DNA of 28,855 nt from Clostridia bacterium (GTDB lineage: Bacteria; Bacillota; Clostridia; Christensenellales; Aristaeellaceae), in assembly GCA_030526225.1 (NCBI GenBank), contig JAUNDF010000011.1:3146-32000 (forward strand). Direction: 5' to 3'. Both the position numbers and the translations under genes were made by a program. Position 1 is the first letter of the stretch, and every line of letters starts with the position of its first letter. The notes beneath the pieces are model-generated. The model was not told the DNA's origin and ran no database searches. It was given only the letters and a program-made list of their open reading frames with translations. Shown piece by piece: positions 21,086 through 28,855 of this stretch.

Positions 21086-21845
21086 AATCGGTCAGATCTC
21101 CTTCAATGGTTGCCTCTGCCTGACCCGGCAGAAGGATGATATCGCCATAGGTTTCAGACTGGTCGATGTGCATTTGTCCCAGCTTCAGCAGCTCCAGCAT
21201 GGCAAGGAAAAGTGTGACAACTTCTTCCTTGGTGGGTGCTTCGCTGAAGGTTTCGGTAAATGACAGGCGCTCGTTTGTTTTCAGCTTCTTCAGCAGATGC
21301 AGCATGCAATCCTCCACCGTGTGTGAATCGCGATGGATATCACGGGGCGCGTAGTGGTTGACCTGCAGTTCTTCGTCTGCATCGGGCTTGCGCATCCAGA
21401 TGCGCAGGAAGGCCTATGTCAGCCCTTCCATGGTCAGGCCCACCAGCTCAACCTCCTGCGGCGGCAGGGGATACTCTGCCGGCAGCTTGGAGAATGCTTC
21501 CTTGGCGGCAGCTTCAAAATTCTGCATGGCAGAGGCCGTTTCGCGAAAACGCTTGTATTCCTCCAAACGGCGAATCAATGCCTGCTCGGGGTCCTCTTCA
21601 TCCTCAATGACGGGCGGTCTGGGCAGCATGGCGCGGCTCTTGATTTCAAGCAGGGTAGCAGCCATGACCAGAAAATCGGTGGCATCCTCCATGTTCAGGT
21701 CAGATGCGTTCTTTACAGATTCAATGTACTGATCTGTGATTTCGCTGATGAAAATATCCTTGATGTCGATCTTCGCCTTGCCAATCAGGTGCAGAAGCAA
21801 ATCAAGGGGGCCGTCAAAGTCTTTTAACTGGAAGGTCATCGGCAT
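21078..21845 (-). CDS. scpA: Segregation and condensation protein A, interrupted by an in-frame TAG at 21414-21416
   Basis: N-terminal FDGPLDLLLHLIGKAKIDIKDI is typical of ScpA. ORFs 21414-21845 and 21078-21395 share a frame. The junction reads LTMEGLT-TAG-AFLRIWMRKPD. The joined length of 255 aa is typical. TAA stop. Confidence 0.9.
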
Positions 21846-21848
21846 GGA

Positions 21849-22658
21849 TTACGCACCACCTGTAATCAGTAAGAAGAAACGGACAACTCCGGAGTAGATA
21901 TTTCTGTTCAGGAAGGAAAGAATACCGGAGAGCGCGCCGGACAGGCAAAGGACAATCAGCACAATCTGGCAGATGCTGAAGGCTCTGCGGTCAAGCTGCA
22001 GCTTTCCCTTCAGCAGGGTGTCGTTGATCAGATGGTAACCATCCAACGGGGGGATGGGCAGCAGATTGAAAATGGCAAGGGACAGATTCACCTGAGCCAT
22101 CATCAGCAGAAAACGCTGCACATATACCAGCCAGGGCTGTGCCAGAGAAGAAGCAAACACAGGCTCCACACTGCCGGACATGATGTTGTAGGCGAACTGA
22201 TAGCCGGGGTTCAGCATCGGCTCAAGACTGCCGGCAACACCGTGAAAATAGCTGATGAATTCAGCGTCCCACATGAAGTGATTGACTACAACGCTGAGCA
22301 GGGAGCAGACAAGAAAAAGGGCCAGATTGGTGCAGATGCCCGCAATGGAAACAAAGAAATCATCCCGGCGATAATTCCTGAAGTTGTAGGGATTGACGGG
22401 AACGGGCTTTGCCCAGCCAAATCCAAGGAAAAACATGCAGACAGTACCGAGAGGATCAAGGTGGTGGCTGGGCTTCAGGGATAATCTGCCCATCATCTTT
22501 GCGGTGGGGTCACCGCATTTGTAGGCAACATAGCCATGGGCGCACTCGTGCAGAATCAGACTGGACAGCACCACCACACAGAAATAAAGTGCATATACCA
22601 CAAACCCCATTGGGTCATTTTTCAAAAAGGTAAAATACCATTCAAGCCGTGAACTCAT
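21849..22658 (-). CDS. M50-family site-2 metalloprotease (membrane)
   Basis: HECAHG zinc motif and NLLPIPPLDG motif in a polytopic protein. TAA stop. Confidence 0.85.
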   Translation of the reverse strand: MSSRLEWYFTFLKNDPMGFVVYALYFCVVVLSSLILHECAHGYVAYKCGDPTAKMMGRLSLKPSHHLDPLGTVCMFFLGFGWAKPVPVNPYNFRNYRRDDFFVSIAGICTNLALFLVCSLLSVVVNHFMWDAEFISYFHGVAGSLEPMLNPGYQFAYNIMSGSVEPVFASSLAQPWLVYVQRFLLMMAQVNLSLAIFNLLPIPPLDGYHLINDTLLKGKLQLDRRAFSICQIVLIVLCLSGALSGILSFLNRNIYSGVVRFFLLITGGA

Positions 22659-22672
22659 TCAAGACCTCCTGA

Positions 22673-22700
22673 TTGCAATTGTCTGACTTCTAATTATAAT
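22673..22700 (+). promoter_or_regulatory. Sigma-70-type promoter for the TrmH-family methyltransferase gene
   Basis: TTGCAA, 16 nt spacer, TATAAT. It leaves a leader of about 120 nt. Confidence 0.45.
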
Positions 22701-22824
22701 GCATTCCACTGCCAACTGCAACTTTTTTGTTGAAGTTGGGGATAAAACAGGAAACAGAAAAGGAAAACAGGAAAAGATATCGAATAATGAAATATGCATT
22801 ACTATGGAACGGCGGAGGAACACC

Positions 22825-23568
22825 ATGCAGGAGATTACAAGCCTGAAAAACCCGAAAGTCGCATTGTGGAAAACCCTGAAGGACAGAAAGGGCAGAAAAG
22901 CCACGGGTACCTTCCTTGTGGAGGGCAGAAAGATGGTGGAGGAAGCCATTGCCTCCGGGTTTGAAATCGATGCGCTGCTTGTGCAGGATGATTATGGTTA
23001 CGATTGTCCTCCGGTTCATTGCGCTGTTTATCGCATGCCAGCGCACGTGATTGCCGCTGTGTGTGACACAAAAACGCCCCAGGGAATTGCGGCTGTTGTT
23101 AAAATGAAGCAGATTGAGCTGCGTTCCGGCAAGCTGATTGCACTGGATGGTGTGCAGGATCCCGGCAATGTGGGTACCATTATCAGAACGGCAGACTGCG
23201 CCGGGATTGACGGTATTGTTTTGACAGAGCAATGTGCCGATGTGTACAGCCCCAAGGTACTTCGGGCCACCATGGGCAGCATTTTCCGGATGCCCATGAC
23301 GGTAACGGCTGATCTTCCTGCTTTCCTGAAGGCATTTGTTCAAGAGGGCGGCAGTGTCATCTCTTCCCAGCTGGACGGTACACCTTTCTACGAACGGACT
23401 GATGTGGCGGAGGCCTTCTGCCTTGTCATCGGCAACGAGGGCAACGGCGTGTCGGATGAAGTGCAGGCAACTGCCACCCACCGGCTGAAGCTTCCTATGC
23501 GCGGCGGAGCGGAATCGCTCAACGCGGCGGTGGCAGCGGGCATTATGATGTACGATTTGACAAGATAA
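22825..23568 (+). CDS. TrmH/SpoU-family RNA 2'-O-methyltransferase
   Basis: ATG at 22825 follows GGAGGAA. SpoU motifs LDGVQDPGNVGTIIRTA, VIGNEGNGVS and ESLNAAVAAGIMMY are present. TAA stop. Confidence 0.85.
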   Translation: MQEITSLKNPKVALWKTLKDRKGRKATGTFLVEGRKMVEEAIASGFEIDALLVQDDYGYDCPPVHCAVYRMPAHVIAAVCDTKTPQGIAAVVKMKQIELRSGKLIALDGVQDPGNVGTIIRTADCAGIDGIVLTEQCADVYSPKVLRATMGSIFRMPMTVTADLPAFLKAFVQEGGSVISSQLDGTPFYERTDVAEAFCLVIGNEGNGVSDEVQATATHRLKLPMRGGAESLNAAVAAGIMMYDLTR

Positions 23569-23576
23569 ACGATTTA

Positions 23577-23602
23577 GATCGGGTTGCTGCCCGGTCTTTT
23601 TT
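23577..23602 (+). terminator. Rho-independent terminator after the methyltransferase gene
   Basis: Stem GATCGGG / CCCGGTC (one G-U pair), 6-nt loop, TTTTTT. Confidence 0.6.
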
Positions 23603-25001
23603 ATTGCAATGCCTGATAGAGGATATCAAACAGCTGGGGCAGTGCGTTTTCATCAACAGATGAATAGTCTATCACAAATTGACCGTTCGGCGCTTCAGCG
23701 GGATTTGCATAATAGGATGAAAGGGGGATGATTTTGATTTTTGCCTTTTCTGCACGCTGTACAACCTAAGCGTCGGTCAGGCGGGTGTTGAGCCGGAGAA
23801 TAAAATGGAAACCGGCATCCTTCTCTTCAATAGATGAAATGCTTTTTAGGGAAGAGGCGTTGAACAGATTGAGGATTCGTTCCCGTCTGGAACGGTATTG
23901 CTTTCTGACACGATGAATATGCCGGTCAAAATGTCCGCGCTTGATAAACATGGCCAGCGTGTATTGCTCCAGATTGGAAACGCTGCAGCTGTAGAAAGAC
24001 AGCTTCTTTCTGTAAGCCTCCATGAGTGATTCGGGAAGCACCATATAGCTGATGCGGATGGTGGAGGACAGCGTTTTGGAAAAGGTGTTCATATAAATAA
24101 CGCGATTGCTCTGGTCAATGCTTTTCAACGCTGGGATGGGGCGGCCGGTCAATCGCAGCTCGCTGTCGTAATCATCCTCGATGATGAACCGGTTGTTTGC
24201 CTGACTGGCCCACTGAAGAAGGGCAAGTCTGCGGCTGTACGGTGTAACAAGCCCGGTGGGGAAGTGATGGGCAGGGGAAATGTGGACAACAGCCGCTTCA
24301 GAGCTGGCTAATTGACTGATGCTGATGCCCTGCTCATCCAGATTGATTGGAATACACTTTGCCCGGTGACTTTCATAGACCTTCCTGATTTTTGAATAAC
24401 CAGGGTTTTCCACGGCGTACAGCAAGTCATTGCCCAAAAGCTGTACCAGAATGCTGTACAGATAATCTGTACCGGCACCGACGATAATCTGCTCGGGAGA
24501 AGCGTGGATGCCGCGGTATGATTCAAGGTGCTCGGCAATGGCCTGCCGAAGTTCAAAGATGCCTTGTCCGGGTGAAACGGAAAGAAGCTCCTTCTGGCAG
24601 GTGGACAGAACTTCCCGCGTAAGCTTTGACCACAGCGAAAAGGGAAAAACGCTGGCACTGATTTTGTTGCTGGTCAAGTCTGCAAGATAAGTTGTTTCAA
24701 CAGTGGCAGTCTCAGAGACAGCGGCAGTGGAGGGAATTCCGGCTGTGCCATGTTCGCAGGAAATGTCGGCAACAAAATAGCCTTTCTTCTCAATGGCATA
24801 TATATATCCTTCCGACAGCAGCTGGGCATACGCGTTGGCGATTGTAATCACGCTGACACTGTTAGCCTCTGCCATGGCACGCTTGGAGGGCAGCTTTTCC
24901 GAGGCCTTCAGCTTGCCGGAAAGAATATCCTGCCTGATGCAAAGATAGATGTATTCAAACAGCGGCTTTGAACCGCGCAGCTCCATGTTGTAGGTAAGCA
25001 T
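23601..25001 (-). CDS. MocR/PdxR-family regulator (GntR HTH fused to an aminotransferase-like domain), with an in-frame TAG at 23766-23768
   Basis: ATG at 25001 lies 8 nt after GAGG. The HTH region reads LPSKRAMAEANSVSVITIANAY, and the aminotransferase fold carries FSKTL. After the TAG the frame continues as VVQRAEKAKIKIIPLSSYYANPAEAPNGQFVIDYSSVDENALPQLFDILYQALQ to a TAA at 23601. That is a typical C-terminus for this family. The joined length is 466 aa. Confidence 0.85.
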
Positions 25002-25041
25002 GGTCAACCTCACAAAGCAGAAGTGGGGGAGTATTGATATG

Positions 25042-25073
25042 AAAAAAGAACTCTTCGCGAATGAAGAGTTCTT
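25042..25073 (-). terminator. Rho-independent terminator after the distal tRNA-Met
   Basis: On the minus strand: AAGAACTCTTC, 6-nt loop, GAAGAGTTCTT, then TTTTTT. Confidence 0.7.
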
Positions 25074-25077
25074 TTCG

Positions 25078-25151
25078 TGGCTCCGATTGGACTCGAACCA
25101 ATGACACTCCGGGTATGAACCGAATGCTCTAGCCAACTGAGCTACGGAGCC
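25078..25151 (-). tRNA. tRNA-Met (CAT), elongator type, CCA not encoded
   Basis: The reverse complement GGCTCCGTAGCTCAGTTGGCTAGAGCATTCGGTTCATACCCGGAGTGTCATTGGTTCGAGTCCAATCGGAGCCA folds as a cloverleaf with anticodon loop TTCATAC. A lysidine-modified tRNA-Ile2 cannot be fully excluded from sequence alone. Confidence 0.8.
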
Positions 25152-25161
25152 ATATTTGATT

Positions 25162-25193
25162 AAAAAAGAAAGAACTCTTTGAAAAGAGTTCTT
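25162..25193 (-). terminator. Terminator-like hairpin between the two tRNA-Met copies
   Basis: On the minus strand: AAGAACTCTT, 4-nt loop, AAGAGTTCTT, then TCTTTTTT. Confidence 0.6.
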
Positions 25194-25197
25194 AAAG

Positions 25198-25271
25198 TGG
25201 CTCCGATTGGACTCGAACCAATGACACTCCGGGTATGAACCGAATGCTCTAGCCAACTGAGCTACGGAGCC
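25198..25271 (-). tRNA. tRNA-Met (CAT), second identical copy
   Basis: The 74 nt are identical to 25078-25151. Confidence 0.8.
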
Positions 25272-25277
25272 ACAAAA

Positions 25278-25353
<76 letters not shown>

Positions 25354-25390
25354 ATATCTTGTCGACCTTGTTTGTCAGGCGACATCAATA

Positions 25391-25419
25391 ACTATACACG
25401 AAGATGAATGGATTGTCAA
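25391..25419 (-). promoter_or_regulatory. Strong sigma-70-type promoter for the tRNA operon, with an AT-rich UP-like region upstream (25420-25470)
   Basis: On the minus strand: TTGACA, 17 nt spacer, TATAGT, about 35 nt upstream of tRNA-fMet. The flanking upstream DNA is very A/T-rich. Confidence 0.6.
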
Positions 25420-25602
25420 CACCTAAATTAAAACTTTTTTATAAAATTCTGTAACTTTTATTCAAAAACAGGCTGTTTAGATGTTTGTGATTGACAAATA
25501 CATTGAAAATGCACGGTTTTGCTTGCTTTTTGCCTGTTCTGTATGATAGTATAATTTCGTTCTTTTCAAAAAAGGTTAAGAAAACGTGATGGTGAGCAAT
25601 AC

Positions 25603-26382
25603 ATGATTGAGAAGATAACCACAGCCATTCCGCAATTATCCGGGAAAAGATACAAGAGAAGAATCTATATTTATGTTCCTGACAGCTTTCAGGAGGATGA
25701 TACCCTGCGGTATCCCGTGCTGTATATGTTCGATGGCCATAATGTATTCTTCGATGAGGATGCGACCTATGGCAAGTCCTGGGGAATGAAGGACTATCTG
25801 GATTACACGCAGGCTCAGGTCATGGTGGTGGGCGTGGAGTGCAATCATCGCCCTCCGCACAAACGGCTGGATGAGTACGCACCTTTCTCGTTTGCCGACA
25901 GCAAGTTTGGCAAAGTAACAGGGAAGGGCAAGGTTACCATGGACTGGATGACTGGTTCATTGAAGGAATTCATAGATGAGAATTATCCTAGTCTGCCGGA
26001 TCGCGACAACACATTCCTTTGCGGCAGTTCCATGGGCGGCTTGATGACGGTCTATGGTGTGATTGCTTACAACTACATTTTCAGCAGAGGTGCGGCGCTT
26101 TCGCCATCTTTGTGGACAGCACCGGAAAAAATCAGCCAAATGATTCGCAAAAGCGAACTGGATGAAAACACTGTGCTGTACATGGATTACGGCGAAAACG
26201 AATTCCGCAACCATCCGCAGATGAAGCAAACCTTCCTCAGCATCAATCAGGTGCTGCTGGAAAAAGATGTTCTGATGACAACACGCATTGTTCCCGGAGG
26301 AGAACACTGTGAGGCTTGCTGGGAAAAACAGCTTCCTATCGTGATGAATACATTGCTGTATGACGGGAACATCGAACAATAA
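25603..26382 (+). CDS. Alpha/beta hydrolase of the putative-esterase family
   Basis: YPVLYMFDGHNVF and the nucleophile elbow GSSMGG. 259 aa, TAA stop. Confidence 0.75.
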   Translation: MIEKITTAIPQLSGKRYKRRIYIYVPDSFQEDDTLRYPVLYMFDGHNVFFDEDATYGKSWGMKDYLDYTQAQVMVVGVECNHRPPHKRLDEYAPFSFADSKFGKVTGKGKVTMDWMTGSLKEFIDENYPSLPDRDNTFLCGSSMGGLMTVYGVIAYNYIFSRGAALSPSLWTAPEKISQMIRKSELDENTVLYMDYGENEFRNHPQMKQTFLSINQVLLEKDVLMTTRIVPGGEHCEACWEKQLPIVMNTLLYDGNIEQ

Positions 26383-26403
26383 AGAATAACGGAGGAAAAT
26401 CAA

Positions 26404-27156
26404 TTGGAAACGCAGTACTTTAAATTTTGGAGTCATAATCTGGGCCGCGACATGGAAATGAAGGTATACGGTCATGCCGGCCGTCCCGTGCTGTTCATTC
26501 CCTGCCAGGATGGACATTTCTACGATTTCGAAAACTTCAAGATGGCCGATGTATGGTCTCCCTGGATTGATGCCGGTCAGGTAATGGTGTTTGCCATTGA
26601 TACCATCGACACCGAAACCTGGAGCAACAAGGGCGGCGATGCCGGATGGCGTGCATGGCGCCATGAGCAGTGGATGCGCTACATTGCCGACGAGGTCGCT
26701 CCCTTCATCCAGCGCTACACCAATGAAAAGAATGGCTGGGATGGCGTTCCGGGCATCATCAGCTTCGGCTGCAGCCTTGGCGCTACCCATGCGGCCAATC
26801 TGTTCTTCCGCTATCCCGATACCTTCCGCGGTATGCTGGCACTCAGCGGCATCTATACCGCATCCTACGGCTTCGATGGCTATATGGATCAGAATGTTTA
26901 CAACAACTCTCTGGTAGACTATCTGGCCAACATGAGCTACGGTCATCCCTACATTGAAAAGTACAACACCGGCAAGGGCATCATCTGCGTTGGTCAGGGT
27001 CCCTGGGAAATGCCTGAAAGCACCCGCCGTGTTGCTGAAATCTGCGGTGACAAGGGCATCAATGTGTGGGTTGATTTCTGGGGCAGTGATTGTGCACATG
27101 ACTGGGATTGGTGGTACAAGCAGGTAAAGTACTACGTTCCCAAGCTGCTGGGCTGA
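26404..27156 (+). CDS. Second esterase-family alpha/beta hydrolase
   Basis: TTG start 8 nt after GGAGG. RPVLFIPCQDG and the nucleophile elbow GCSLGA. 250 aa, TGA stop. Confidence 0.7.
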   Translation: METQYFKFWSHNLGRDMEMKVYGHAGRPVLFIPCQDGHFYDFENFKMADVWSPWIDAGQVMVFAIDTIDTETWSNKGGDAGWRAWRHEQWMRYIADEVAPFIQRYTNEKNGWDGVPGIISFGCSLGATHAANLFFRYPDTFRGMLALSGIYTASYGFDGYMDQNVYNNSLVDYLANMSYGHPYIEKYNTGKGIICVGQGPWEMPESTRRVAEICGDKGINVWVDFWGSDCAHDWDWWYKQVKYYVPKLLG

Positions 27157-27197
27157 GATTCACCACTTAAAATCAAAAAGAAAGGAAAGAATAGAAT

Positions 27198-28391
27198 ATG
27201 AAGAATTTTGTTTTCATTTCTCCGAATTTCCCCACCAACTACTGGCAGTTCTGCCGTGAACTGAAGAAGAACGGCCTGCGCGTGCTGGGCGTTGGCGATC
27301 AGCCCTATCATGAGCTGCTGCCTGAACTGCGTGAAAGCCTGACCGAGTACTACAAGGTCGGCAGCATGGAAAACTACGATGAAGTTTACCGTGCAGTCGC
27401 TTTCTTCATCAGCAAGTACGGCCGTATCGATTGGCTGGAGAGCAACAACGAATACTGGCTGGAACGCGACGCCATGCTGCGTACTGACTTCCACATCACC
27501 TCTGGCTTCCAGGTGGAGGATATGCCCCGTATCAAGTACAAGAGCAAGATGAAGGAATACTACCAGAAGGTCGGCATTCCCACTGCCCGTTACTACATCG
27601 TGGAAGATTGGCAGGGCGCTGTCGATTTCATCGGCAAGGTTGGCTATCCTGTTATCGTCAAGCCTGATAACGGCGTAGGCGCTTCTCATACCTACAAGAT
27701 TAACAACGAAGATGACCTGAAGTGGTTCTTTGGCGAGAAGGAAGCCAATGTCAGCTACATCATGGAAGAGTTCATCCATGCCGAGGTCAACTCCTATGAT
27801 GCCGTCATCGATTCCAACGGCGAGCCCGTGTTTGAAACCGGCAATGTGACCCCCGGCTCCATCATGGACGTTGTAAACACCAACGACAACTCCATCTATT
27901 ACATCGTCAAGGATCTGGCTGAGGATACCCGCAAGGCCGGTCGTGCCACGGTGAAGAGCTTCGGCGTAAAGAGCCGCTTTGTGCACTTCGAGTTCTTCCG
28001 CCTCACGCAGGATCAGGAAGGCATGGGCAAGAAGGGCGATGTGGTTGCGCTGGAAGTCAACATGCGTCCCTGCGGCGGTTTCTCTCCTGACATGATGAAC
28101 TACGCCAATTCCACTGACGTGTACAAGATTTGGGCAGACATGATTGCCTTCGACCGCTCTACCAAGGAAAGCGGCAAGCATATGTTCTGCGCCTTCTGCG
28201 GCAGAAGAGACGGCAAGGACTTTGTGCTGTCTGATGAAGAACTGGTTAACAAGTATGCTTCCAAAATGAAGATGGTTCAGCGCATCCCCGATGCACTGTC
28301 CGGCGCCATGGGCAACAGAATGTTTGTGGCTGTCTTTGATACCGAAGACGAAATGAACGCATTCTACAAGGAAGCCGTCCTGTGCAAATAA
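27198..28391 (+). CDS. ATP-grasp domain protein of unknown substrate
   Basis: 397 aa. The pre-ATP-grasp N-terminus is followed by the ATP-grasp core (KSKMKEYYQKVGIPTARY...GYPVIVKPDNGVGASHTYKI...IMEEFI...ALEVNMRPCGG). AAAGGAAAG RBS, TAA stop. Confidence 0.75.
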   Translation: MKNFVFISPNFPTNYWQFCRELKKNGLRVLGVGDQPYHELLPELRESLTEYYKVGSMENYDEVYRAVAFFISKYGRIDWLESNNEYWLERDAMLRTDFHITSGFQVEDMPRIKYKSKMKEYYQKVGIPTARYYIVEDWQGAVDFIGKVGYPVIVKPDNGVGASHTYKINNEDDLKWFFGEKEANVSYIMEEFIHAEVNSYDAVIDSNGEPVFETGNVTPGSIMDVVNTNDNSIYYIVKDLAEDTRKAGRATVKSFGVKSRFVHFEFFRLTQDQEGMGKKGDVVALEVNMRPCGGFSPDMMNYANSTDVYKIWADMIAFDRSTKESGKHMFCAFCGRRDGKDFVLSDEELVNKYASKMKMVQRIPDALSGAMGNRMFVAVFDTEDEMNAFYKEAVLCK

Positions 28392-28410
28392 GGAATATTT
28401 TCGTTTGATG

Positions 28411-28453
28411 AAACAGGCTGTGGTGCCGTATGGTGCCGCAGCCTGTTTTGTTG
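28411..28453 (+). terminator. Long hairpin terminator after the ATP-grasp gene
   Basis: AAACAGGCTGTGGTGCC pairs with GGTGCCGCAGCCTGTTT, with several G-U pairs, followed by TTTTGTTG. Confidence 0.55.
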
Positions 28454-28524
28454 CCTTGACACCACCCATCGGTCATGATATGATAATAATCAATAGTAAT
28501 GCAGGAAAGAAGGAAAAGGATTCA

Positions 28525-28855
28525 ATGAGAAAGATGATCCGGCGTATTTATCGCCACCGTACCACAATCATCATCTCATTAATCAGAATGATTCTCTATA
28601 TCGGGCTGGCACTCGTTTTTTTCGGACTGATGTCCATTGAAAACTGGCCGCTCCGGCATGCGTCCCGTACGCTGGGTACTACACTGTTTACCTATGTGAT
28701 GCTCTCCGGTGTGATGCATTCAGTATACGGCGGCTTTGCCATCGGTAAAAAGAAGAACAAGCCTGTTATTTCATCCATGGCCATGAGCACGCTTGTTACG
28801 GATTTGGCCACCTATCTGCAGCTTCAGATTATGAACGTTAACACCAACAACAACG
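28525..28855 (+). CDS. Hypothetical membrane protein (3' end outside the window)
   Basis: The ATG follows AAGGAAAAGGA. The frame stays open to the window end. A basic N-terminus is followed by predicted TM helices (IIISLIRMILYIGLALVFFGLM...). No family is assigned. Confidence 0.5.
   Translation, partial: MRKMIRRIYRHRTTIIISLIRMILYIGLALVFFGLMSIENWPLRHASRTLGTTLFTYVMLSGVMHSVYGGFAIGKKKNKPVISSMAMSTLVTDLATYLQLQIMNVNTNNN

Larger units (their letters stand above)
25078..25271 (-). repeat. Tandem duplication with a 120-bp period: tRNA-Met plus its AAGAACTCTT-stem hairpin
   Basis: 25081-25151 and 25201-25271 are identical as printed. The downstream hairpins share the same stem sequence but differ in their loops. 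Confidence 0.85.

Noticed and set aside
22699-22824. The ATG at 22699 as the start of the methyltransferase (289 aa), and the TTG at 18075 as the start of the aminopeptidase.
   Set aside because: Neither has an RBS at proper spacing. The internal ATGs at 22825 (after GGAGGAA) and 18087 (after GAAAGGA) match typical family N-termini.
25002-25256. The N-terminal extension of ORF 23766-25256, with the repeated peptide ARAFGSYPECHWFESNRSH.
   Set aside because: The repeat is the translation of the two identical tRNA-Met genes and their terminators. The real mocR start is the ATG at 25001, which has a GAGG RBS.
25404-25454. A small 16-codon ORF (MNGLSTPKLKLFYKIL) in the tRNA/esterase intergenic region.
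   Set aside because: It has no RBS. It overlaps the tRNA promoter -35 and the AT-rich UP-like region, so it is most likely fortuitous.

Overview
This window is a chromosomal housekeeping stretch from a Firmicutes/Clostridia-type bacterium, with GC judged by eye at about 50-55%. No transposase, integrase, CRISPR array or recognisable defence gene was seen.

Gene order:
- Plus strand: mutL (5' partial), miaA, a ynbB-like PLP enzyme, azlCD, phoH, pgpH, a ybeY-cdd fusion and era.
- Minus strand: lepA, a SLOG/DUF1273 gene and hemW, then a secreted hypothetical protein (split ORF), a CHAP amidase, sfsA and a VanW protein.
- Then: an M18 aminopeptidase (+), an E2-like acyltransferase (-), an M50 protease, scpA and scpB (-), a TrmH-family methyltransferase (+), and a MocR/PdxR regulator (-).
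- Then: a tRNA operon of fMet, Met, Met (-), an esterase, esterase, ATP-grasp operon (+), and a partial membrane protein.

Main observation: six conserved genes (mutL, phoH, pgpH, hemW, scpA, mocR) each carry one in-frame TAG.
- After each TAG the same frame continues into sequence typical of that protein family.
- Reading through restores each protein to a family-typical length.
- Every gene end I checked is TAA or TGA, never TAG.
- All six TAGs are followed by G.

The simplest reading is that amber (TAG) is decoded as an amino acid in this organism. Family conservation points to Glu or Gln. Standard table-11 gene calling would therefore fragment or truncate these genes. No tRNA(CUA), pyl gene or release-factor gene lies in the window, so the mechanism must be sought elsewhere in the genome.

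Secondary observations:
- ybeY and cdd form one fused ORF, and dgkA is absent.
- A secreted-protein gene looks frameshifted.
- The tRNA-Met plus terminator unit is tandemly duplicated.
- A stand-alone E2-like acyltransferase has a degenerate catalytic motif.
- The esterase, esterase, ATP-grasp operon has no known function.
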